Below are positions 8,115-15,830 of a stretch of 20,000 bases of DNA, in pieces; the first letter of the stretch is position 1; each line of letters starts with the position of its first letter. The translations under genes were made by a program, and so were the position numbers. Under the pieces are notes generated by a model. That model did no database searches, was not told where the DNA came from, and was given only the letters and a program-made list of their open reading frames with translations. Source of the stretch: an uncultured virus (IMG/VR IMGVR_UViG_3300032397_000009) (Duplodnaviria > Heunggongvirae > Uroviricota > Caudoviricetes); the IMG/VR virus record IMGVR_UViG_3300032397_000009; one strand, 5' to 3'.

Positions 8115-8329
8115 GGTCTACCTCCCTTGGGGTAGCAGTCGAACGTCGGGTGGACGTGCGCTCGTATCTCGTAGTGCGTGCCACAGTTCGAGCACTCGAG
8201 CTCGTCCATGTCGCCGTCTTTGTAAACGGGGAGCTGCAACGTGCTGGGCTCCGCGTCGAGGCAGCGCGGGCACTTCGGCCAGGGCTCGCCGATGAGCCAG
8301 CGCACCAATCCCTTGACCTTGAGCGTCAT
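8111..8329 (-). CDS. Zinc-ribbon protein (72 aa)
   Basis: CPRC...ECSNCG. Confidence 0.75.
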   Translation of the reverse strand: MTLKVKGLVRWLIGEPWPKCPRCLDAEPSTLQLPVYKDGDMDELECSNCGTHYEIRAHVHPTFDCYPKGGRP

Positions 8330-8685
8330 GACCGCTGCGCCTTCTCGATCGCTCGGATCGCCCTCGTGCTCGGTCCCCAGTACGTCGCCACGCGCTTGCC
8401 CTGTGAGCAGATCTTGAAGCCGCAGCGGATCACCGCGCCAGCCTCCTCGAGCTCGGGAAGGCGGCGGGCGATGATGTAGCGGTCGAGCCCGTACAAGGCC
8501 AGCTCGCGGGATGTCCTGTTGGGGTGCGCGATGACGAGCAGGAGCACCTGCACCGACTGCTGGAGTCGCGCACCCGAGTGCGTGATCTCGGACGCGGCGG
8601 CGTGCGAGGAGCGCGGATCGGTGTTCCTGGCGATCGGCATCTGCAGCGACTCGGCCGCCATTCGAACGAGGTCGTCGTACTTCAT
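8326..8685 (-). CDS. Winged helix-turn-helix DNA-binding protein (119 aa)
   Basis: Start MKYDD at 8685 (ATGA overlap); ARNTDPRSSHAAA followed by TSRELA...ARRLPELEEAGAV, a phage wHTH pattern. Confidence 0.8.
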   Translation of the reverse strand: MKYDDLVRMAAESLQMPIARNTDPRSSHAAASEITHSGARLQQSVQVLLLVIAHPNRTSRELALYGLDRYIIARRLPELEEAGAVIRCGFKICSQGKRVATYWGPSTRAIRAIEKAQRS

Positions 8686-9164
8686 GGGTGTCCCTCCGGT
8701 GTAAACTGCGACTCGTATTCCAGTCGCGTGATCTTCTTGCCGCAGATGTCGCAGATCCCGGTGTCGCTGAAGAGGTGTCCGTAGAACGTGTGCTTGTGGT
8801 TGACGAGCGCGGCCCTGGTCTGCTCCTCGAGCTTCTCCTCCAGGTGCTTCAGGTACTGGACCGCCTTCTTGACGTCGTCCAGCATCGGAGCTCCCGGCTT
8901 GCGGCCGGCGCGGAGGATGTACTTCAGGGCGTGCGAGAGGAGCGCACCGGCCCCCCAGCGCTCGTACATGACGTCCCAGGGCTCGTGCTCGAACTCGGAG
9001 TAGTAGGACGGGCTCGCCGAGATCTCTCCTGCCGATGGCTGGGCAATCTTCTGCCAAAGACGCGCGGGTGGAAAGAACCCGGAGCACGGGCCAGGACCAG
9101 CGTTTTTCCATATGCAGGTCGGACGATCCCAGTGATAGCAGTCTAGGCAGTTCGTTCCGGTCAT
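8682..9164 (-). CDS. DUF3310-domain protein with flanking Cys motifs (160 aa)
   Basis: PSYY...EPWDV...ALKYILRAGRK...DDVKKAVQYL is the DUF3310 signature; start MTGTN at 9164 (ATGA overlap). Confidence 0.85.
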   Translation of the reverse strand: MTGTNCLDCYHWDRPTCIWKNAGPGPCSGFFPPARLWQKIAQPSAGEISASPSYYSEFEHEPWDVMYERWGAGALLSHALKYILRAGRKPGAPMLDDVKKAVQYLKHLEEKLEEQTRAALVNHKHTFYGHLFSDTGICDICGKKITRLEYESQFTPEGHP

Positions 9165-9370
9165 CCGTGCATCTCCTTCGACAGCGTCTCTCCGTACGGG
9201 ATTCCCCCGTCTGCCTCCTCGAACGCGATCCACGAGGAGCGGATCAGCGTAATCCTGATGGGCTCCTCGGGCCCGATGAGGCACGACCGACAAGTGAATC
9301 CTCCGTGCATCTTCCTATCTGCTTCTGCCCTCATCACTGACGCCCCGCACTTCCCGCATGTCACAGGCAT
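9161..9370 (-). CDS. Zinc-finger protein (69 aa)
   Basis: Start MPVTCGKCG at 9370; second pair CRSC; overlaps the upstream gene by 56 nt. Confidence 0.65.
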   Translation of the reverse strand: MPVTCGKCGASVMRAEADRKMHGGFTCRSCLIGPEEPIRITLIRSSWIAFEEADGGIPYGETLSKEMHG

Positions 9371-9776
9371 CCTTCTCTCCCCTCTGGTCGTTGTAGGTGT
9401 GCGCCTGCTCTTCCAACTCCACCAAGTTGGGATACGTGCAGGCCATCCAGTTGTCGTAGGCCTCTTGAGCCCGCTCGTTGCACGTCTGAAGCTTCTCGAG
9501 GTACTCGGCCTCGAGCGAATCTCGGGTGTTCTGGGCGGCGTCATGGCGCTCCTCGATGCAGCCCTCGTAGGCCACAAGCGCGAGGCGGCGGTGATCCATG
9601 TCAGGGTTCGGGGAGGCAATCTGGAGCGAGACGTCCAGGCAGATCCGCTCGTCCTTGTCAGCCCAGTCCAAGGAGCAGCAGCAGACGAGCAGCGCCACGA
9701 GGATACCGACCAAGAGCGCAGTCACCGCGATCGGCTTCAGGATCATGGGGAACAGCATCTTAATATCGAAAAACAT
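9315..9776 (-). CDS. Putative membrane protein or lipoprotein with helical Cys-containing domain (about 153 aa)
   Basis: KPIAVTALLVGILVALLVCCCS hydrophobic segment ending in cysteines; helical C-terminus; exact start Met uncertain. Confidence 0.65.
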   Translation of the reverse strand: MFFDIKMLFPMILKPIAVTALLVGILVALLVCCCSLDWADKDERICLDVSLQIASPNPDMDHRRLALVAYEGCIEERHDAAQNTRDSLEAEYLEKLQTCNERAQEAYDNWMACTYPNLVELEEQAHTYNDQRGEKDACDMREVRGVSDEGRSR

Positions 9777-10035
9777 TTTTAACTTCCCCCCTTTGTTCGC
9801 GCTCGGACATAGACTGTTGCACGAGCCTGCCGTAAACCTTGAGATCTCGGAGTCTCTCTGCGCTGAACACGATGCCGCATCGATCGCATCTCCACTGTGC
9901 AGGATATTCAATCTGTCGAACGCAATACAGCGTCGCCAACTCCTCCCGCAGCGGTTTGTGATACCAGAGGTCGTGGCACTGGCACCCTGGACAGGTGATC
10001 GTGGTTATCTTGCCCACGAAGGTCATCCTGGTCAC
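9760..10035 (-). CDS. Zinc-ribbon protein (about 91 aa)
   Basis: GTG at 10035 overlaps the recombinase stop (alternative ATG at 10026); CPGC...WRCDRCG. Confidence 0.7.
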   Translation of the reverse strand: MTRMTFVGKITTITCPGCQCHDLWYHKPLREELATLYCVRQIEYPAQWRCDRCGIVFSAERLRDLKVYGRLVQQSMSEREQRGEVKNVFRY

Positions 10036-10940
10036 CGTTCCCTCCTCGCGCGCAGCAGATCCTCGCCGATCTCCGCGGTACGCTTCGCCTTCAGGTAGCT
10101 CATGGTCGTCTCGAGCGACTCGTGGCCGAGGAAGCGCTGCACCTTCAGGAGGTCGCCCGTGGCCTGGTAGAGGCGGTGCGCGGCGCTGTGCCTGAACCTG
10201 TGCGGATGGACCTTCGCCGGGTCCAGGCCGGCCTCCTCGGCGAGCACCTTCACCATGCGGCGGATCCGCTCGTACGCCGCCCCGAGGCCAACCATGGCCC
10301 CCGGCGAGATCACCTCGGAGAGCACCTTCCACTTGCCCTTGTTCAGGCGCTTGAGCGCGCGGAGCTCGTCGACGACAAGCACCACGGGCAGCGAGCGCTC
10401 GCGGTCGCCCTTCGTCGCGATCGAGAGCTCGACGCCGTTCTCGAGCGCGGCCTCGACGTCGGCGCGTGTGAGCCTCGCCAGGTCGGCCCCGGCGCGCAGC
10501 CCGAGGGCGAATATCATGCTGATTGCCGGCCAGCGCCAGGCCAGCGTGGCGTTCGGATCGGCCTCACACTCCTCGCGCCAGCGGTCGAGCACCATCTGGA
10601 TCGCTACCTCCTCGGCCGGCGAAAAGGGCTCGACGCGATATCGTTTCTTGGAGCGCGTGTGCTGCTCGCGCACGGCCGACTTGAGCTCGCGGCGCAACTC
10701 GGGCGAGTTGAGGCGCTCGAGGAGCTTCTTGTCCTTGCGCCACTCGGCCCACTGCCGGATCGCGGCGCGGTACGTCTGCCGTGAGGAGGTGCTGAGATCC
10801 GGGCGGCGCAGCATGTCGAGCAGATCGTCCTTGTGATCGCGCAGGGCGTGCTCGATGATCGCCGTGTAGGTCATGGCCGTGCTCGAGCTCAACGTCTCGG
10901 CGAGGTGGGCCTGGAAGTCGTCGAGGCTCGGCTGGGTCAT
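10032..10940 (-). CDS. Tyrosine recombinase (XerC/D-like, 302 aa)
   Basis: Start MTQPS at 10940 (ATGA overlap). Full catalytic set: GLR, TKG, HRFRH, LGH, TMSY; N-terminal core-binding helices (STAMTY, SSRQTYRAAI). Confidence 0.93.
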   Translation of the reverse strand: MTQPSLDDFQAHLAETLSSSTAMTYTAIIEHALRDHKDDLLDMLRRPDLSTSSRQTYRAAIRQWAEWRKDKKLLERLNSPELRRELKSAVREQHTRSKKRYRVEPFSPAEEVAIQMVLDRWREECEADPNATLAWRWPAISMIFALGLRAGADLARLTRADVEAALENGVELSIATKGDRERSLPVVLVVDELRALKRLNKGKWKVLSEVISPGAMVGLGAAYERIRRMVKVLAEEAGLDPAKVHPHRFRHSAAHRLYQATGDLLKVQRFLGHESLETTMSYLKAKRTAEIGEDLLRARRER

Positions 10941-11179
10941 TTCGGATCTCCGCTGTTTCTGGTTCGCTCGAGCTCCGCGTCGATCTCCTCGACCTGCTCT
11001 GGCGACGCGTAGATCCTGAACAGCAGCATGTCCTCTCGCGGGATTTTCAGGTAGTGGTTGTCCTCCATGCAGATCCAGTGGTTCTCCGTTCCCCACGGGT
11101 GGTTCCGGTAGACGTAGGTCAGGTGGCCCCTCTTGCACCCTGGGCACAGCACCTTGGTCAGTCTCGTCTGCTCTTCCAC
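10937..11179 (-). CDS. Zinc-ribbon-like protein (80 aa)
   Basis: CPGC...HWIC; GGAGG upstream; coupled to the recombinase start. Confidence 0.7.
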   Translation of the reverse strand: MEEQTRLTKVLCPGCKRGHLTYVYRNHPWGTENHWICMEDNHYLKIPREDMLLFRIYASPEQVEEIDAELERTRNSGDPK

Positions 11180-11180
11180 G

Positions 11181-11375
11181 CTAGACCTCCCACATGGTCT
11201 TGCAGAACGGGCACTGGTAACCGATCAGCCTACCGACCGTACGGCCGCTCTCCCACCTCTCGCGCTGCGGGCCCTGCAGATGGTGGATCTCTTTTATCCT
11301 GCTCTTCCCGCCGCCGGCGTCCCAGGACTCGTGGCACACCGGGCAGCAGCCCATGGGGTCGGGGATGTAGTTCAT
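11181..11375 (-). CDS. Zinc-ribbon protein (64 aa)
   Basis: CPVC...SWD...YQCPFC. Confidence 0.75.
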   Translation of the reverse strand: MNYIPDPMGCCPVCHESWDAGGGKSRIKEIHHLQGPQRERWESGRTVGRLIGYQCPFCKTMWEV

Positions 11376-11827
11376 GGCCGCGTCCTGTTCAATTGCGCGA
11401 GATATTCACCGGCGTAGCGGTCGAACACACCCTTCGAGGCCGGCAGGGTGTTCTGAAGATAATCTGCGAATCCCCGAACGCCGATTCCTATGCCGACGCC
11501 GACGCCCGCCTCTCTCTCGCCGAGAGATTCGGGAGATCTCTTCGCCTCGGCCAGTTCGGCCTCGGGAAATTTGGATCGTTTCATCGAGGCCTCAAGCGAT
11601 CTGAGCGCCTCGTTGAGAGCCGCCTCGAACTTCTTCTCGCGAGCCTTGCAATCCTCGATCTGGCTTTCGAGGTCGTCCACGCGGTCGTGCTCCAGGAACA
11701 ACTTGGCGCACGCGTCGAGGTACTTCTCCTCGACCTCCTTGTTGACCTTGTCGGAGATGGCTTTGACCGCGATCTCGGCGATGCTCGCGGCGAGGCCGCT
11801 CTTCTCGAGGGCTTCCTTCCAGCTCAT
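11372..11827 (-). CDS. Coiled-coil hypothetical protein (151 aa)
   Basis: Heptad-rich; GVGVGIGIGV stretch; ATGA coupling at both ends. Confidence 0.7.
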   Translation of the reverse strand: MSWKEALEKSGLAASIAEIAVKAISDKVNKEVEEKYLDACAKLFLEHDRVDDLESQIEDCKAREKKFEAALNEALRSLEASMKRSKFPEAELAEAKRSPESLGEREAGVGVGIGIGVRGFADYLQNTLPASKGVFDRYAGEYLAQLNRTRP

Positions 11828-12021
11828 GGTTTTGCCTTTCTCTTTTCTCGAACCAAGGTCGCCTCGACGCCGAGGATGTGGTGGTCCGAGAGATCTCGCC
11901 GGGCACGGGCTATCGCGTTGGCGCGCGATGACGCTCGCACGATCCGCTCAGCGTGTCCGATACCCGACGCCAGCATCAGCCTCACCACGACGTGGTAGTG
12001 ATGGATTTTTCTAGCGCTCAT
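11824..12021 (-). CDS. Small basic hypothetical protein (65 aa)
   Basis: GGAGG upstream; overlaps both neighbours. Confidence 0.65.
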   Translation of the reverse strand: MSARKIHHYHVVVRLMLASGIGHAERIVRASSRANAIARARRDLSDHHILGVEATLVREKRKAKP

Positions 12022-12421
12022 CGATCCCCTCCACCCAAGCAGTCACCGTGCTCGAGCCGTGGAGCTCGACGTGGAAGTACGCGTCGCGCTCGTCTCCCGG
12101 TGGGAAGTAGCGGCACGGACCATCTTCGTCTGAAACATCCATCTGCACGGACCCCTCGAACCGCAACACGTCGATGCCAGAGGTCTTACCGATGCACGCG
12201 CCCTCCTTGTCGAAGTAGGTTATGGTCATGTTCTGGTACTGGCTCTCGTGCCATCCGAAGCCGCGCGTAAAAACGACGATCGCGCGACATCTCCACTCGT
12301 GCCCTCGGATCTCTGGAACTATCCTATGGTCGTCCTTGCCCGACATGGGGACAAAGAATTTCGGAAATAGGATTCCGGTGCCCTCCTCTGGTCCTGGGCT
12401 GCTCTTCTTCCAGTAGCTCAT
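12011..12421 (-). CDS. Hypothetical protein, probably beta-rich (136 aa)
   Basis: Start MSYWKK at 12421 (ATGA overlap, GGAG upstream). Confidence 0.65.
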   Translation of the reverse strand: MSYWKKSSPGPEEGTGILFPKFFVPMSGKDDHRIVPEIRGHEWRCRAIVVFTRGFGWHESQYQNMTITYFDKEGACIGKTSGIDVLRFEGSVQMDVSDEDGPCRYFPPGDERDAYFHVELHGSSTVTAWVEGIDER

Positions 12422-13194
12422 GTGAGCTCCCGCGGGACGTTGCCGTAGATGTTCGGGAGGCGGCGCTTGCGGCCCTCGTAGACGTGCAGGAACTCGTCCC
12501 GGTAGGCGTTGCAGGTCCAGAAGAAGTTGTGGAGCCCGTGCTCGATCATCCACGCCGGGAACCACCTGTCGAACGTCTCCTGGTCGGTGCGCTTCAGGAG
12601 CTTGCGGAGGCCGTCCCAGGTCTTCTTGTGGCGGTTCTGACGGACGTCGTAGCCGTACCTCGCCACCATCAGCGCGAACACCCCGAGCAGCCCGTGCTGC
12701 CGCACGAACGCTTTCTCCCGCCATGTCTCGTAGACCTCGAGCACCTCGGGCCACTCCCAGCGCTCGAACTTCGACTCGGGGAACTCCTCCTTGAAGAAGA
12801 ACCGCTGCCGCGACCGCTCGATGTCGAGCGCCAAGCGTGCAGCCTCCTTGACACGAGACTGGTGCTTGGCCTTCTGGTCCTCGATCCGAACGGGCAGCGG
12901 CGGCAGGGCCGCGCCATCGATGAAGATCACGAAGACCTGGATGGGGATGCCGGGCGCGCACAGGGAGAGGCGGTAGTTGCCACCGCCGCACCAGCGTTTT
13001 ACCAGATCCTCGATGCCGCCGGTGCGGATGAGCATCGGCTTGACGCCGGCAATGGTGCTGACCCGTGTGATCGTTGGCGAGGGGAAGGGATCCACGCGCT
13101 CGATCCTGATCTCCACGTCCTGCTTCATCTCGATGGCTGCATCGAGAAAGTCGGCGAGGTTCTTTTGAACTTCGACAGCGTCGGTTTCCATCAT
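12418..13194 (-). CDS. Hypothetical two-domain protein (258 aa)
   Basis: Start MMETD at 13194 after AAAGGGAG; GGGNY motif in the N-half; aromatic-rich helical C-half. Confidence 0.75.
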   Translation of the reverse strand: MMETDAVEVQKNLADFLDAAIEMKQDVEIRIERVDPFPSPTITRVSTIAGVKPMLIRTGGIEDLVKRWCGGGNYRLSLCAPGIPIQVFVIFIDGAALPPLPVRIEDQKAKHQSRVKEAARLALDIERSRQRFFFKEEFPESKFERWEWPEVLEVYETWREKAFVRQHGLLGVFALMVARYGYDVRQNRHKKTWDGLRKLLKRTDQETFDRWFPAWMIEHGLHNFFWTCNAYRDEFLHVYEGRKRRLPNIYGNVPRELT

Positions 13195-13216
13195 TCTCCC
13201 CTTTGGTATTCGTAGG

Positions 13217-13519
13217 TCATCTGGACCTCCGAGAGCTGTCCGACATCCCGAGCAGCCAGTCGAGCGCCGCCTCGAAGGACGGCTCGGCCCCGACTCGGTC
13301 ATGCGGCATCAGCGCCTCCCACATCCCAGGCTGGAACGGGATCTCGGCGCTTCTCCTGCCGACGTGCCGGTAGAGCCCGTACTTGCCGTGCTTTTCGTCC
13401 CACTGAATGTAGTTGTTTTCCGCCCATGCGGGGCGATACCAAAGATGGGTCGTCCTGCGGAGCATCAGGTAGTAGATGCGACCGCTCGAGTGGTCGTCGA
13501 ATATGATCGTGCCCACCAT
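13217..13519 (-). CDS. Hypothetical protein (100 aa)
   Basis: ATG at 13519 via TGATG overlap. Confidence 0.65.
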   Translation of the reverse strand: MVGTIIFDDHSSGRIYYLMLRRTTHLWYRPAWAENNYIQWDEKHGKYGLYRHVGRRSAEIPFQPGMWEALMPHDRVGAEPSFEAALDWLLGMSDSSRRSR

Positions 13520-13722
13520 CACCGGTCCCCCTTCAGGCACTGCGCGTGCCGCTCGAGCATGACGTCGACCGCCGTGCCACCGGAGAGGGAGTCAGCCGCG
13601 CTGGAGTTGCAGCGCCGCTCGAGGTCCGCGTCCATGTGCGTCTCGTCCTTGACGCACTCCCGCGCGAGCAACAAAACGATTCCAAAGAAAAATATCAGGT
13701 AAAGAAGGTCGGCGAATTTCAT
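13519..13722 (-). CDS. Small single-pass membrane protein (67 aa)
   Basis: LLYLIFFFGIVLLLA hydrophobic helix; first gene after the promoter; GGGGAG upstream. Confidence 0.7.
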   Translation of the reverse strand: MKFADLLYLIFFFGIVLLLARECVKDETHMDADLERRCNSSAADSLSGGTAVDVMLERHAQCLKGDR

Positions 13723-13744
13723 GTTCTAGACTCCCCTCTAGAAC
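13723..13744. promoter_or_regulatory. Perfect inverted repeat enclosing the Shine-Dalgarno sequence
   Basis: GTTCTAGA-ctcccc-TCTAGAAC; on the minus strand the loop reads GGGGAG and the ATG follows immediately. Confidence 0.65.
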
Positions 13745-13748
13745 CCTG

Positions 13749-13801
13749 ACCCTACAGCCCCGAAAGTGAAACCGCAAGTTTTTTATTTTAAGTTTTTTTA
13801 A
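13749..13801 (-). promoter_or_regulatory. Sigma70-type promoter with UP element
   Basis: -35 TTGCGG (13777-13772), 17-bp spacer, -10 TAGGGT (13754-13749), A-tract AAAAAAACTTAAAATAAAAAA just upstream, in one of only two sizeable intergenic gaps. Confidence 0.7.
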
Positions 13802-13811
13802 CCCTCGAACT

Positions 13812-14795
13812 TCAGGGGTAGACAGGTGGCATGAACCTCGGGTCCATCTCCGCGCGCACCGCACCCAGCCAGCGGGCGACCGAGATGATCTTGGCGTCGT
13901 ACGCCCGGTTCCTGGGAGATAGCCCGTTCCCTCCCGGCCACAACGCCCAGGGTCGGGGATGCGGGGTCTTCTCCCGGAACCGCGTCTGCCACCAGAGAGC
14001 ACGCCGAGCCATCTCGGAAATGCCCTCGCGCAGCCCGTTCGACAGCGACAGGAACCGATCCAGGTACTCCCTGGTCGGGATGTCCTTGACCTCGGTCCGC
14101 ATCTGCATGGGCCCGCCATCGAAGCTTCCCATGATCTTCACGAGCTTCATCTCCCCCGGCTTCTTCGGGTCTTTGGCCCAGACAGTCGCGGTCTTGAAAC
14201 CCTCGCTCTTGATGATCCGCCACACGTCGTCCCTGGAGTACGTGAGCCGGAAGTTCTCGGCGACCTTCTGTTCGACCTTGCGCCTGACGGTCTTGCCTCT
14301 CCACGTCTCCGTGATCAAAAACTTCTCGGTGGTCTGGCTGGCCCAGAGCCGGGTGTAGTAGTCGATGGAGCACTCGTTGAAGCTCGACTCGTTGGCGATA
14401 GTCGACCAGACGCCCCAGACCGGCAACCGCACCCCGTACTTCTCCTCGGCGCCCTTGACGTCTTCCAGGAACACCTGCACCCAGGTGCGGGCCAACTCCA
14501 CGAACTGCTCCTCGGGAACCACCTGCCCGCATTGCTCCCACCGGGGCTCCTTGCCGCCCTTCGGCATTCGGGACCGGAAGATGGACCGGATCAGGCGCTT
14601 CTCGAGCGGCTGGTCGCCGTACCCCTTGATCCAGAGGTCGGTCATGAACTGGTCGTACTCGGACACCTCCTCTGTTGCCACCAGGACTACCGGGTGCTCG
14701 ACGACCTCGACTGATTCAGGACCGTTCGCAGCGCCCTCGGCCTGCGCCGGGGCGATCAGTAGATACACTACGGCAAAGATCATGCGTGCGCGCAT
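13812..14795 (-). CDS. Secreted SLT-type lytic transglycosylase (327 aa)
   Basis: Signal peptide (MRARMIFAVVYLLIAPAQA|E); motif I AEEKYGV...TIANESSFN (catalytic Glu); motif II DGGPMQ; NGLREG; AYDAKI. Confidence 0.75.
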   Translation of the reverse strand: MRARMIFAVVYLLIAPAQAEGAANGPESVEVVEHPVVLVATEEVSEYDQFMTDLWIKGYGDQPLEKRLIRSIFRSRMPKGGKEPRWEQCGQVVPEEQFVELARTWVQVFLEDVKGAEEKYGVRLPVWGVWSTIANESSFNECSIDYYTRLWASQTTEKFLITETWRGKTVRRKVEQKVAENFRLTYSRDDVWRIIKSEGFKTATVWAKDPKKPGEMKLVKIMGSFDGGPMQMRTEVKDIPTREYLDRFLSLSNGLREGISEMARRALWWQTRFREKTPHPRPWALWPGGNGLSPRNRAYDAKIISVARWLGAVRAEMDPRFMPPVYP

Positions 14796-14801
14796 GGTTT
14801 T

Positions 14802-15452
14802 TTACCTCCGTGTCAGTGTGTAGATTCCCCAGCCGATGATGCTCGCGATGAGCAGCCCGGCGCTGGTCCAGGCGATGGTGGACAGCGACGTGCCGAGGCT
14901 GACCTCACCGGGGAGGATGGCGTCGCGCTCGCTCTCCTTCAGGCACGAGAGCGGCAGGAAGCACTGCTGATCTCCGGTTGGGCCGATGCAGTACCCCATG
15001 CACGGCCGCTTCTGTCTCTTGATCAGCCAGTCCGCGGCGAAGTCGGGGATGGGCTCGTCGACGGGCCGCGGGAGATCGCCGTTCTGGAACTTCTTCGCGA
15101 GCTGCCACAGCCCCATCTCCTCGAGCTGCGCCTGGGTGCGGCTCGTCCAGTAGGTGCGCCGCTTGATCTCGTCCGGGTCGCAGTCGTTCGGGTGATCGGC
15201 GCACTGTCCCTGGCCGGGGGTCAGCCACTGCGGGTTCACGGGCTTCGAGTGGGCCCTGACGAGCTCGTAGAACTTCTTGAAGTGCTGGTCGGAGTAGCGC
15301 CAGAGGTGGAAGCGGTCCATCCACGACCACGCATGCCAGGCCGCCGTCTCTTCGTCCTGGTCGAACTCGCCACCGAGGGCCCGCGCGAGCCAGAGCACGT
15401 CCTCGTCGGTCAGCACGTAGCCGCGTTTCGGACCTCGGTAGATCGCGCCCAT
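14802..15452 (-). CDS. Divergent SleB/CwlJ (Hydrolase_2)-like cell wall hydrolase with C-terminal membrane anchor (216 aa)
   Basis: DEDVLWLARALGGE...AAWHAWSWMDR resembles D-xx-LAR-xxx-gE...AVaxVilNR; C-terminal IAWTSAGLLIASIIGWGIYTL-TRR. Confidence 0.6.
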   Translation of the reverse strand: MGAIYRGPKRGYVLTDEDVLWLARALGGEFDQDEETAAWHAWSWMDRFHLWRYSDQHFKKFYELVRAHSKPVNPQWLTPGQGQCADHPNDCDPDEIKRRTYWTSRTQAQLEEMGLWQLAKKFQNGDLPRPVDEPIPDFAADWLIKRQKRPCMGYCIGPTGDQQCFLPLSCLKESERDAILPGEVSLGTSLSTIAWTSAGLLIASIIGWGIYTLTRR

Positions 15453-15821
15453 CTAGTCCTTCTCCTCCTGCCCGTTGAACCACTCCGGGTGCTTCTGCAT
15501 CAACAACGGCAGGAGCATTTGTACCACAGGAGCGCCCACCCTGGACAGAATCTCGACAAGGTTCGTGGTGCGCTCGCGCATGTTGATGTGGCTCTGCTGG
15601 ATCCACGACGAAACGATTTCGCTGACCGCGGTGTCCCCGATATCCGCTTTGCGGAGGTCGGCCACCCACTGCGTGATCGCCTTGAAGCGCACCACGTCCA
15701 TCTGCGTGCGCTCCTCCTCGAACGCCACGAGGCACCTCGTACACTCGCGGATCAGCGAGGTGACATCGGGCGCGCTCACCTTGGCCTTCGCCAACCACTG
15801 CTTCAAACTGAGCTTCTCCAT
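15453..15821 (-). CDS. Helical hypothetical protein (122 aa)
   Basis: AGAGGGG upstream; tightly packed. Confidence 0.7.
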   Translation of the reverse strand: MEKLSLKQWLAKAKVSAPDVTSLIRECTRCLVAFEEERTQMDVVRFKAITQWVADLRKADIGDTAVSEIVSSWIQQSHINMRERTTNLVEILSRVGAPVVQMLLPLLMQKHPEWFNGQEEKD

Positions 15822-15830
15822 GTTTCCCCT

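Noticed and set aside
9161..9776. Overlapping gene pair as Rz/Rz1 spanins
   Set aside because: The downstream overlapping ORF is a CxxC zinc finger without a lipoprotein signal, and the pair is far from the muralytic genes.
13519..13722. Holin call for the small membrane protein
   Set aside because: Single TM only, and separated from the hydrolases by a promoter; insufficient evidence.
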